Source of the DNA: Chthonomonadales bacterium
Lineage (GTDB): Bacteria; Armatimonadota; Chthonomonadetes; Chthonomonadales; Chthonomonadaceae
Assembly: GCA_038217285.1 (NCBI GenBank)
Contig: JBBQPO010000046.1
Location: 1-28,350, forward strand
Length of the DNA stretch: 28,350 nt
Direction of reading: 5' to 3'
Below are positions 9,801-16,558 of the stretch, in pieces; the stretch's first letter is position 1, and each line of letters opens with the position of its first letter. The position numbers were made by a program, and so were the translations under genes. The notes below the pieces were generated by a model. It saw only the letters and a program-made list of their open reading frames with translations. It made no database searches and was not told the origin of the DNA.

Positions 9801-10447
9801 CGCTGCGTGGCCACGTCGAAAGGCCGAATGCTCTCGATCTCATCGCCGAACAGCTCCAGCCGAACCGGCGCCTCCGCCGTGCTGGAAAAAAGATCGAGAA
9901 TGCCGCCCCGCCGCGAAAACTCTCCTGGCCGCGTCACCGTGTTGGACGCTTCATATCCCATCTCCACCAACTGCCGCACCACCCCATCGAATTCGACGGT
10001 CTGCCCGGCTTCCAACGTAAAGACGGCAGGCACGAGATCGTCGGGCGGCGACGTGCGCTGCAGAGCCGCCTCCAGCGTACCGACCACAATACAAGGTTCC
10101 TGCTGCGCCAGGGTCAGCAGCGCCCCGATACGCTCGCCAATGACCCGAAAATCCGTAATATCGCCATCCAGAAAGAGACTCTGCGAGGAGGGCAGCGTGC
10201 AGACCTTCTCCTGCGGAACGCCGTACCGCACCAGATCGTCCCAGAGCCGCTGCGCCTGCTCCTGAGAGTGGGTAATCACCAGCAGAGGTCTGTCCAGACG
10301 TGCAAAGACCCGCGCCAGAGCAAAGCCCTTCGCGGAACTGGTCATCCCTTCGATTTCGACAGCGCCGGCATCGCCTTTGAGCGTCTCGATCACCTCCCGG
10401 AAGCCGGGCAGCGTATCGAGCAGGCGCGGCAGATCGTTCAACGCCAT
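6869..10447 (-). CDS. mfd: Transcription-repair coupling factor
   Basis: 1192 aa. UvrB-homology region (GEFSRRGGILDLF), CarD-like domain (VVHMHHGIGQY), CGDVGFGKTE, DEEQRFGV, SATPIPRTL, QLRGRVGRS and C-terminal TRCF domain. Confidence 0.98.
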   Translation of the reverse strand: MALNDLPRLLDTLPGFREVIETLKGDAGAVEIEGMTSSAKGFALARVFARLDRPLLVITHSQEQAQRLWDDLVRYGVPQEKVCTLPSSQSLFLDGDITDFRVIGERIGALLTLAQQEPCIVVGTLEAALQRTSPPDDLVPAVFTLEAGQTVEFDGVVRQLVEMGYEASNTVTRPGEFSRRGGILDLFSSTAEAPVRLELFGDEIESIRPFDVATQRSTGRHAYVELAPVRELRLSEERVRPAMDAIRKAFVKRREELAGKGGAPAREAIERLTDRVESVLVSLQQQAYFAGLEQYLPYLVPETVCAVDYLPANAVVVLDEPHLIHEHWDRITGDMQLARERQWERGESLDIFPHALAYKAGMARLAAHPALLLSLLGRRVEGFAVKQTLRINSTPTENYRGRTNALADEVGTWLANDCRVVFVSDQPARVREICADLRLPVQPRGSGIGAKAGLHVEEGRLRAGFTLADLRLYILTDAELFGAARTVVPRRKVAGGVAISSVLDLREFDYVVHMHHGIGQYRGLVKRTVDGNQRDYLLVQYQGGDRLFVPADQIDRIQRYQGADGNAPQINKLGGNDWQRTTRKVREQAREMAGELIRLYAARHAATRPNFGPDGPWQIEMEEAFPYQETRDQLRAIQDVKADLEREQPMDRLICGDVGFGKTEVALRAAFKVVTEGKQVAVLCPTTVLASQHLTTFRERFAAYPLNIELLSRFRTKQEQAKTVQGLKDGTVDIVIATHRLLSKDIVLKNLGMVIVDEEQRFGVAHKERLKQLRTQVDVLTLSATPIPRTLSMALSGLRDMSLIEDPPEGRIPVMTFVREYDDELLRDAVLRELERDGQIYYVHNRVESIHHVAVHLQRLVPDARILVGHGQMSEDELEKVMVAFYHHEADILLCTTIIENGLDVSNANTILLDNADHLGLSQLYQLRGRVGRSSRQAYAYLFYRRDKLLTEVAEQRLAAMKEFSALGSGYKVAMRDLEIRGAGNLLGAEQHGAMISVGFDLYAQLLAQAVQELKGEDITEDILPPMDIPVTAHIPNDYIPGEAERIYFYKRMSAVRSVPDIENLQAELEDRFGDPPRPVWDALAILRLRLRCQQAGVAAVRGEAAQINIKFTPGIRLTPQAVQLLTVGFKNYRFTPDGVQIALTGPKVLPQVEEMIATLEQAFAFGVPDKTNSAGKTPVGATRTPALTARR

Positions 10448-10604
10448 AACAGCAGATCGCCTTACATGTAAACCTTACGCGTCTCTCAAGAACGCCTCTC
10501 CTATTCTACCGCAAAACAAGACAGAACGGGAATCTCCGTCTCCCCTTCCTACCTTCCTTTCTTCCTATTTCCTGTTCTGCCTCCGCATTTTTCCTTCTCT
10601 CCTG

Positions 10605-11549
10605 CTACAGTAAGGCCGGGATGAGCACGACGTGTCGGAGGCGCTTCCTGTTCCAGGTGTAGGTGATGTGGACAAGGCCGTCGCGCGTCTGGATGACGGC
10701 GGGGTAGGAGAACTCGCCGGGCGTGTTCTCCAGCGTCAGGACAGGCGTCCAGCGCCTGCCGTTGGAGGAGAGAGCGACGTTGAGCGGGGTGCGGGCGGTC
10801 GTGGAGTGATTGTAGACGAGCAGAGAGCGGCCATCGTGCAGGGTGACGGCATCGGTGCCGGAGTTCGGGTTCGGCAGATCGAGGAGAGTCATGGCGTCCC
10901 AGGTTCGGCCCTCGTCCATGGACTCGCTGGAGAAAATCTGCCCCTGGCGTGTGCGACCGAGGGCCTGCAGGCAGCCGTCGGGGTGGAGAAGGAGACTGGG
11001 TTGGATTGCGCCTAGGGTGATCCCGTCGTTGATCGGGGCCGTGGCCTGCCAAATTCCGCCCTGCGAGGAGAGACGCTCGAAGTAGACGCGCCAGCCACCG
11101 CGTTCGGTGCTGGTGGGGCAGAGAATGTCGCCGTTCGGGAACTGGATCGGCTTGTTCTTGATGGGGCCGAGAATGCCGTCCGGCAGTCGTTCCGGCACCG
11201 ACCACGTTGCGCCGCCGTCCTCCGACTGGATCAGCATCCCCCACCACTCCACCGGATTCGGCCCGACCTTATAGAAAAGCAATAGTGGGCCTTCCGCCGG
11301 TTGAAATAGAACCGGATTCCAGCAGGGATAGCGTACGGTTGGTGATTCCACCCCATTTGCCACTTCCACGCCAGGGGTCCATTTGCCGTTCTCATAGTGC
11401 GCGACCCAGATGCCTACATCTGGATCTCTCTCGTCTGTGCCTCCGAACCAGGCGGCGAGCAACTTTCCCCGGCTCTCCACCAGTGTCGAGGCATGGCACG
11501 ATGGATACGGCGCAGTCTCATAGATGAATTCGCTCTGCATGATCTTCAC
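10605..11549 (-). CDS. Exo-alpha-sialidase / BNR (Asp-box) repeat protein
   Basis: CHASTLVE, AWFGG, CWNPVLF, Asp-boxes SEDGGATW / SMDEGRTW / SSNGRRW, GPIKNKP, LPNPNSG, EFSYPAVI. Confidence 0.9.
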   Translation of the reverse strand: MKIMQSEFIYETAPYPSCHASTLVESRGKLLAAWFGGTDERDPDVGIWVAHYENGKWTPGVEVANGVESPTVRYPCWNPVLFQPAEGPLLLFYKVGPNPVEWWGMLIQSEDGGATWSVPERLPDGILGPIKNKPIQFPNGDILCPTSTERGGWRVYFERLSSQGGIWQATAPINDGITLGAIQPSLLLHPDGCLQALGRTRQGQIFSSESMDEGRTWDAMTLLDLPNPNSGTDAVTLHDGRSLLVYNHSTTARTPLNVALSSNGRRWTPVLTLENTPGEFSYPAVIQTRDGLVHITYTWNRKRLRHVVLIPALL

Positions 11550-11579
11550 TCCGTTCCCCGTCGATGCGGTTGTGCCACA

Positions 11580-11608
11580 GGTATACCCCGCTCGCTATCA
11601 AAAGTCAA
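11580..11608 (-). promoter_or_regulatory. Sigma70-type promoter upstream of the sialidase gene
   Basis: Minus strand TTGACT-N17-TATACC, about 30 nt upstream of the GTG start at 11549. Confidence 0.55.
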
Positions 11609-11678
11609 TGTCTTCAATCTGGCGGAAGGTGTCCCTATAGGACGGTTAACGACTGTCATTCAGTCTCATGCAGACGAT

Positions 11679-12102
11679 CTAGGCTCGCTCCAGCACGCGT
11701 TCCATCAGCGCCTGCCATGTCGGATTTGGGGTCCAAATGCGGTGCAGGTCGATGGCGGCCTGCTCCGGTGCGAACTTTTCCTCGATCACACAATAGAGGC
11801 AGAGAAATGCAGAAACCCGCATGTTACGAGCGCAGTGGACGAAGACGCGCCTGCCGTCGTTGGCTTTCATCACGGCGAAGAACTGTTCGACGTCTGCGAA
11901 AGTCGGCGCTTCCCACACCACCGGGAGCGAGACATAGGTCATGCCTTCCTTCTCGACAAGGGAACGCTCCTCGGGAAGTGCGTCGGTGAGCGGACGCAAG
12001 TTGACGACGACCTCGTATCCCACCTGACCAATGGCGGCAAACTGATCTTCCTGCGGCTGCCCTGCCGTCCCGATCCGGTCGGAGAGGCGCAGAAAGTCAG
12101 GA
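11679..12102 (-). pseudogene. 3' part of an IS-interrupted small protein-tyrosine/dual-specificity phosphatase-like (DUF442-like) gene
   Basis: PDFLRLSDRIGTAGQP...VVNLRP...VFVHCARNMRVS carries a CX5R-like P-loop (HCARNMR). The N-terminus lies at 13686-13711, across the IS. Confidence 0.85.
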
Positions 12103-12250
12103 GTCAACCACCGTCGCCTAAAGGCGAACGGCTTGTCCTCCCCTGGAAGCGAGTACTGCCAGGTAGAACCTTGGGCCAGTTGACAGGGTGACCCTTGTTT
12201 CCAGAACCAACGCGGCATTCACATCCGCGTTGGACTGAAAACAGCAGTAG
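12087..12250 (-). ncRNA. Predicted TnpB reRNA/omegaRNA (scaffold from the element right end plus ~16-nt flank guide); 5' boundary approximate
   Basis: Established TnpB biology places the reRNA over the tnpB 3' end and right end. Hairpin at 12111-12131; predicted guide TCCTGACTTTCTGCGC. Not directly demonstrated. Confidence 0.6.
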
Positions 12251-13236
12251 CGACAACAAAACACTTCCTGGCTCGGTCGATTGGCTCGTTCCGTGTGAGC
12301 GCAGCGACTGCACTGCTGCGAAGAGTACCGAGCGTCCACCTCCATCAGAGGAACGCCTGCCCTCGTGCATTTGTAAGCCAGAAAAGATTTGAGTTGCGCG
12401 AAAGACCAGTTATTGAGTTCCGTCCGCATAGCCCGATTCAAACGGTTTCCTCGCGCACGGATGCCTTGCAACATCTCGACAGCGAGTGCCTTCTTTCGGT
12501 GCAGCGCCATGCCGACCAGTATTTTGGAGATACAGTGATTCACGTCACGAACAAAACGGGATTCTTTTTGACGGCTCTTTGCCATCTGCTTCCGAGCAGA
12601 GCGGGTTTTCTTAGCTTGAAGTTCCTGACGCAAGCGGCGGTAGCGTTTGCGGACACGCTTCACCGCTTCGCCTGTGTACTGGTTACCTTCACTATCTGTC
12701 GCGAGGTTGACGATGCCGAGGTCTATGCCGATCACTCCTTCGGGCGTAAAAGGTTCGGTCTCTGCTACGGTGAGCGCGCAGGAGAGGTAGAAAGCCCCGC
12801 CCCGTAGGAGTAAGTCGGCCTGCCCTTTCTTGCCTTGCAGGAGTTCTTTGTGCTCTGGGGAACACAAGAAGGGAAGGTGCAGACGCCCCGACACGGTGTT
12901 GAGGCTGACGCTCTGTGCGTTCACCTTCCACATGAGGAGGTCTTTGTCGAGTTCGATGCCGCCGAGCGGAGCAAAAGTGCGTTGCACCTTCGTGTCGAGT
13001 TTGTAAGCGTGCGCGACTTTGGCAATAGCCCGAACGACGTGGTTGGCGTTGAGTTTGGTTTGCGCCTTGAGAGGGTGGTAGACGAGGGCGTGAAGGTCAT
13101 ATTGACGAAAGGTGCCTGTTGTGAAGGCCACTCTACTGATATCGTCACAAGCCCCGTTGCACGTGCGCAAGGTTTGCACCAGAGCGGCGTGTTGGTCAGG
13201 GGTTGTCCTCAGTTTGACGGTGACGGTGAGTTGCAT
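12118..13236 (-). CDS. tnpB: RNA-guided endonuclease TnpB (IS605 OrfB)
   Basis: MQLTVTVKL N-terminus. RuvC-I GIDLG, RuvC-II LAVEML, Zn finger CSRC...CRYC, RuvC-III NADVNAA. The stop codon lies in the right-end hairpin. Confidence 0.95.
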   Translation of the reverse strand: MQLTVTVKLRTTPDQHAALVQTLRTCNGACDDISRVAFTTGTFRQYDLHALVYHPLKAQTKLNANHVVRAIAKVAHAYKLDTKVQRTFAPLGGIELDKDLLMWKVNAQSVSLNTVSGRLHLPFLCSPEHKELLQGKKGQADLLLRGGAFYLSCALTVAETEPFTPEGVIGIDLGIVNLATDSEGNQYTGEAVKRVRKRYRRLRQELQAKKTRSARKQMAKSRQKESRFVRDVNHCISKILVGMALHRKKALAVEMLQGIRARGNRLNRAMRTELNNWSFAQLKSFLAYKCTRAGVPLMEVDARYSSQQCSRCAHTERANRPSQEVFCCRYCCFQSNADVNAALVLETRVTLSTGPRFYLAVLASRGGQAVRL

Positions 13237-13278
13237 GACATTTCTCTACTACCGTGAGCCAGAGGGAAAGCGGAAAGC

Positions 13279-13439
13279 CTATTCACGCGATTTTTGTTCT
13301 TGGATGAACTTTTTGATGCCATCTGCGGAGACATGCCCCGCCGAGCCGACAGAATAACTTCTGCTCCACAGGCAAGGCCCCGATGTAAATGCAGGTTGAA
13401 AACAGTGCCAGCGTTCTTACGGTATCGCGTTTCACTCAT
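13279..13439 (-). pseudogene. tnpA: IS200-type Y1 transposase remnant, internally deleted and frameshifted
   Basis: N-terminus MSETRYRKNAGTVFNLHLH is joined out of frame near 13378-13382 to the C-terminus PCLWSRSYSVGSAGHVSADGIKKFIQEQKSRE*. The HUH core is missing. Confidence 0.88.
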
Positions 13440-13685
13440 ACCTTTAGGAGACTACAAAGTTATAAATTTGTCAATTAACTAACACGAAAGGAGTGCGGGA
13501 GGGCGAAGGCCCCGCTGAAGAAGTGCCAGTTCTGCTGTGCAAGTTGCGGAACCCAAATCGCTATCGCGATTTCAGCGGAACTGGCCTAAGCGATTGAGGC
13601 GGCATTCGACCTGAGAGCCGAAGCCTGGAGCGGATGACGCTTCCCTGTGTCGCCTAAAGGCGACAGTCTCCGCATCATGTTTTTT

Positions 13686-13711
13686 ATGTTTTCGAGAGAT
13701 TGGCTCAACAT
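13686..13711 (-). pseudogene. 5' part (codons 1-9) of the IS-interrupted phosphatase-like gene
   Basis: RBS GGAGG then ATG TTG AGC CAA TCT CTC GAA AAC AT. Joining to 12102 gives MLSQSLENIPDFLRLSDRIG (450 nt, 149 aa). Confidence 0.85.
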
Positions 13712-13743
13712 AGAAGGTTCCTCCGCAGTGGATCGCTGACAGG

Positions 13744-14358
13744 TTACGCCTGCGTTTCCGTGCCGGATGCGGCTCGCCACTCGTCTTCCAGAAGAGCGTA
13801 GAGGAGGGTGTCGTCCCAGCCCTCGGCGCACCGTCTGTTCTGGCGCAGGCGGGCCTCGTATTTTAGACCCGCTTTCTCCATCACCCGCGCCGACGCTCCG
13901 TTGCGCGCGAAGCTGTCGGCAAAGATTCGATGAAGTTTCAGATCGTCGAAGCCGAACTGCAGAAGCGCTCGCGCGGTTTCAGTCGCGTAGCCCCGGCCCC
14001 AGCAGGAGGCCAGCAGATGGTAGCCGATCTCACCCTCCCGCGCGTGCGCGTCCATGATGTCCAGACCGCAGCCCCCGATGACTCGGTTTTCGGTGCGGAG
14101 GACAATGGCATAGCGAAACTTGGTCTGAGGCTGCTGTTGAGCCAATTCTACCGTACGACGCAGAAAGGCGCGCACCTCCTCAGCGGTTTCCGGCTCCCCC
14201 GTAAAGTAGCGCATGACGTCGGGATCCGAGCAGAAGGCATAGACCTCTTCGAAATCGCTCGCCTCGAAATCGCGGAGCAACAGGCGTTCCGTCACCATCC
14301 TCGCGACTGCGTTTTCTATGGGACGGCTTGTTTCCGGACTACTGGCATCGAGTTTCAT
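13744..14358 (-). CDS. GNAT N-acetyltransferase, RimJ/RimL family
   Basis: TERLLLRDF, EGEIGYHL, WGRGYATE, NGASARVMEKAGLKYE. RBS AAAGGAG before ATG 14358. Confidence 0.92.
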   Translation of the reverse strand: MKLDASSPETSRPIENAVARMVTERLLLRDFEASDFEEVYAFCSDPDVMRYFTGEPETAEEVRAFLRRTVELAQQQPQTKFRYAIVLRTENRVIGGCGLDIMDAHAREGEIGYHLLASCWGRGYATETARALLQFGFDDLKLHRIFADSFARNGASARVMEKAGLKYEARLRQNRRCAEGWDDTLLYALLEDEWRAASGTETQA

Positions 14359-14369
14359 GGGTGTCTCCT

Positions 14370-15127
14370 TTACTTCGACGTACAAACAATCAACTGTCGA
14401 GACGACTGGGCCGTGAACGGCGTTCCGTCGTAGTCGCCGTATCTGGCGCGCGTATCAAAACCATTGTAGTGTAATAGCGCCTCGATCTCCTGTGGGAAAA
14501 GCATTCGTAGGTTCAACAACCCCGTCGTTTCGTCCGATCGGCCCTCGAGTTGGTAGAACCATTGGATGTGGTTGATCTGCGTCGTGCTATCGTAGACATT
14601 GTTTTCCGTGACCGTCACCAGTCCTCGGCCGTCAGGGTCGGGGTAAGAACCGACGGGGTAGCGCGGATCGGGATCGCGGGTCAGCAGAGAGAGAGACTGG
14701 GATTGAAGATTTCAAAGGCGAATGCGCCGCCCGGTTTCAGATGCGCTTTCACCCGTGCGAGACAGGTCTGGAGATCGCGCCAGTGCAGAAGATGCAGGAG
14801 GGAGTTGGCCGGAAAGAACACCAACCCGAACCGTTGATCGAGCGTGAAATCGCAACAGTCGCCTTGCACCCATTCCACCACGACCTGCCGCGCTGCCGCT
14901 TTCTGTCGGGCGCACTCCAGCATCGGCGCGGACAGGTCAAGCCCTATCACCGTCACGCCTGCTTCCGCGAGCGCGAGCGTCAGTTGGCCCGTCCCGCAGC
15001 CCAGTTCCAGCACCGGCTCGCCGTACTCCCCTACCAGGCGCTTATAGAAGACCAGTTCATTGTGCCGGTGCAGTCCCGGCCAGAGCGCGTCGTAGTGCCG
15101 CCCATCGAAATAGATACCATGGTCCAT
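14370..15127 (-). pseudogene. Class I SAM-dependent methyltransferase, frameshifted at a (CT)5 tract
   Basis: Motif I VLELGCGTG, GLDLS, HLKPGG. The frame breaks at 14686-14696 and continues LLTRDPDPRYP...MLFPQEIEALL...YGDYDGTPF in the other frame. Confidence 0.88.
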
Positions 15128-15319
15128 TTGGTTTCCTCGCTTGCCAGAGTCGGTGAAGCGCGGCGAATCTGTATTACCGCGCTCCTTCGTACTTTCTACT
15201 GACAGGCTTCCTGTCCGGAAAGGTGCAGGGAGGGAGGCTCATTGTTGCCATCAATTTTTTCGTGTACACTGTTAGGTGGGTGCTTACATTTCGCATGATT
15301 GCAGGAGGAGCGGAAAGCG

Positions 15320-15766
15320 ATGTCTCAGGCTATAAGCATTCGTCTTAGAGACGATCAGGTAGACCGATTGAAACGCTTTGCCCGCCGGATGGGCAAAAGC
15401 CAGAGTGAACTGGGCGCGCTGTTTATTGAGGAAGCGATGCGCGAAGCCGAGTGCACCAACATTGAGTTCCGCGATTCGGTCATCGGGCGCCAGGCCTACT
15501 TAAAGGATTCCAATCTGGCAGTTTGGGAAGTAATCATGGTCGCGCAGGACCATGCTATGGATGCCGAACGCGTTGCGGTCTATTTCAGGCGCCCTCGGGC
15601 CTGGGTCAATTCCGCTTTCCATTACTATGAGGCGTATCCGGCGGAGATCGACCCGCTACTGGAGGACAATCGCTCCATGACGTTTGATAAACTCAAACGC
15701 CTGCTGCCTGGCCTGGAAACGTTACCGGTGATGCCCGACGTTTCCGGGCAGGGACCAACCCGCTGA
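15320..15766 (+). CDS. Ribbon-helix-helix + DUF433-like antitoxin
   Basis: RBS AGGAGG. N-terminal SQAISIRLRDDQVDRLKRFARR (RHH) followed by IEFRDS..GRQAYL..SNLAVWEV...YYEAYPAEID (DUF433-like). Confidence 0.8.
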   Translation: MSQAISIRLRDDQVDRLKRFARRMGKSQSELGALFIEEAMREAECTNIEFRDSVIGRQAYLKDSNLAVWEVIMVAQDHAMDAERVAVYFRRPRAWVNSAFHYYEAYPAEIDPLLEDNRSMTFDKLKRLLPGLETLPVMPDVSGQGPTR

Positions 15767-15855
15767 TGCTGGCGCTGCTTCTGGTCTGTATATCTGGTCT
15801 GAGGCAAGCAAGCCGAGCCGAGACAGTAGTCACCACGCAAAGACAGGATAAGGCT

Positions 15856-16161
15856 GTGAGAAAAACAGAGGACGCTTGGCGTCCTTTCTCGACGTTACAC
15901 GGTTTTGTTCGCCTTGTGCTCTTGATAGACTGGGATCCCATTGGTATCTTGGGCTATTCCAGTGCGATGGATGAATACGATAGCTATGCGAACGACATTT
16001 GCCGACTGATCCAAGAGGGAGCGACACGGGACATGCTGGTTGCTCATTTGGACAGGATCGAAAAACATCCAATGGGTGGGCTCGGGGAACGTGCGGTGCA
16101 AACGGAAATTGCCGAAAAACTCCTGGAGATTTACAAAACCATCCAACAGAATGAGTTATAG
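15856..16161 (+). CDS. Hypothetical protein with WDPIG...DEYDSY motif (DUF1871/YugE-like)
   Basis: LIDWDPIGI...MDEYDSYA helical domain. Probable GTG start at 15856 within ORF 15766-16161. Confidence 0.65.
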   Translation: MRKTEDAWRPFSTLHGFVRLVLLIDWDPIGILGYSSAMDEYDSYANDICRLIQEGATRDMLVAHLDRIEKHPMGGLGERAVQTEIAEKLLEIYKTIQQNEL

Positions 16162-16231
16162 CGTTGTGGCCGGCAAAGCCAAACACATCGAATATGGCAA
16201 CGCGCCCTTCCGTTTTGCGGGGGGCGATTAC

Positions 16232-16489
16232 TTATAACTCGTCTGTTCCATACACCAAGGCGAGGGAGACTGCCTGAGCGTTCGGGCCGAGTTTGTCTCT
16301 AAGCAGTTCTCCGATGAACGCCTGCTTTTGAGCCTCATTCCAGCCGTTGAAACGACGTGATACTACCTTGAGATGAACGCGACCGTTATAACCCTCCGTC
16401 GTGTCGATGGTATCTGTTGGAAACTCCGTTCGCAGAGCGTTCACAACACGCTCCGCCTCCTGGTCATAATTGAATGTGATGTCTGGCAT
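16232..16489 (-). CDS. BolA-like small protein
   Basis: 85 aa from ATG 16489. HLKVVSRRFNG...QKQAFIGELL matches the BolA pattern (hxxxVVSxxFxG) but lacks the RH and HAL motifs. Confidence 0.6.
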   Translation of the reverse strand: MPDITFNYDQEAERVVNALRTEFPTDTIDTTEGYNGRVHLKVVSRRFNGWNEAQKQAFIGELLRDKLGPNAQAVSLALVYGTDEL

Positions 16490-16558
16490 GTTTATTTTCT
16501 TTGGGTTCCAGGGCTCTGTATGGCGACTTCGGGTTCCGGTTAACACCCTGTCCTATCA

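Larger units (their letters stand above)
12103..13685 (-). mobile_element. IS200/IS605-family element (tnpA remnant + tnpB), non-autonomous
   Basis: Subterminal hairpins share GTCGCCTAAAGGCGA (12113-12127 and 13649-13663). Right end finishes GGTTGAC. Left end AAAAAACATGATGC...GCGTCA follows target ACAT. No target duplication. Removing the element restores the host ORF exactly. Confidence 0.92.

Noticed and set aside
10535..10604. Pyrimidine-rich low-complexity tract with loose heptamer periodicity upstream of mfd
   Set aside because: Too degenerate to define a repeat unit or array; no CRISPR-like repeat-spacer pattern.
11679..12218. 179-aa ORF as an intact gene overlapping tnpB
   Set aside because: Its first ~38 codons come from the IS right end; the native start is at 13711.
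13209..13439. 76-aa ORF as a functional small protein
   Set aside because: It is the out-of-frame read-through of the deleted tnpA.
13483..13525. Hammerhead ribozyme-like words GAAA and CTGAAGA around a hairpin
   Set aside because: No stem III can form and the cleavage-site residue would be G.
12103..13685. IStron (group I intron fused to IS605), suggested by sense-orientation insertion after a U inside a gene
   Set aside because: The element ends in ...TTGAC, not the terminal G that group I splicing needs. Only about 200 nt lie between the left end and tnpA, and I could not build a P3-P7 core. An Infernal group I search and RT-PCR across the junction would settle it.
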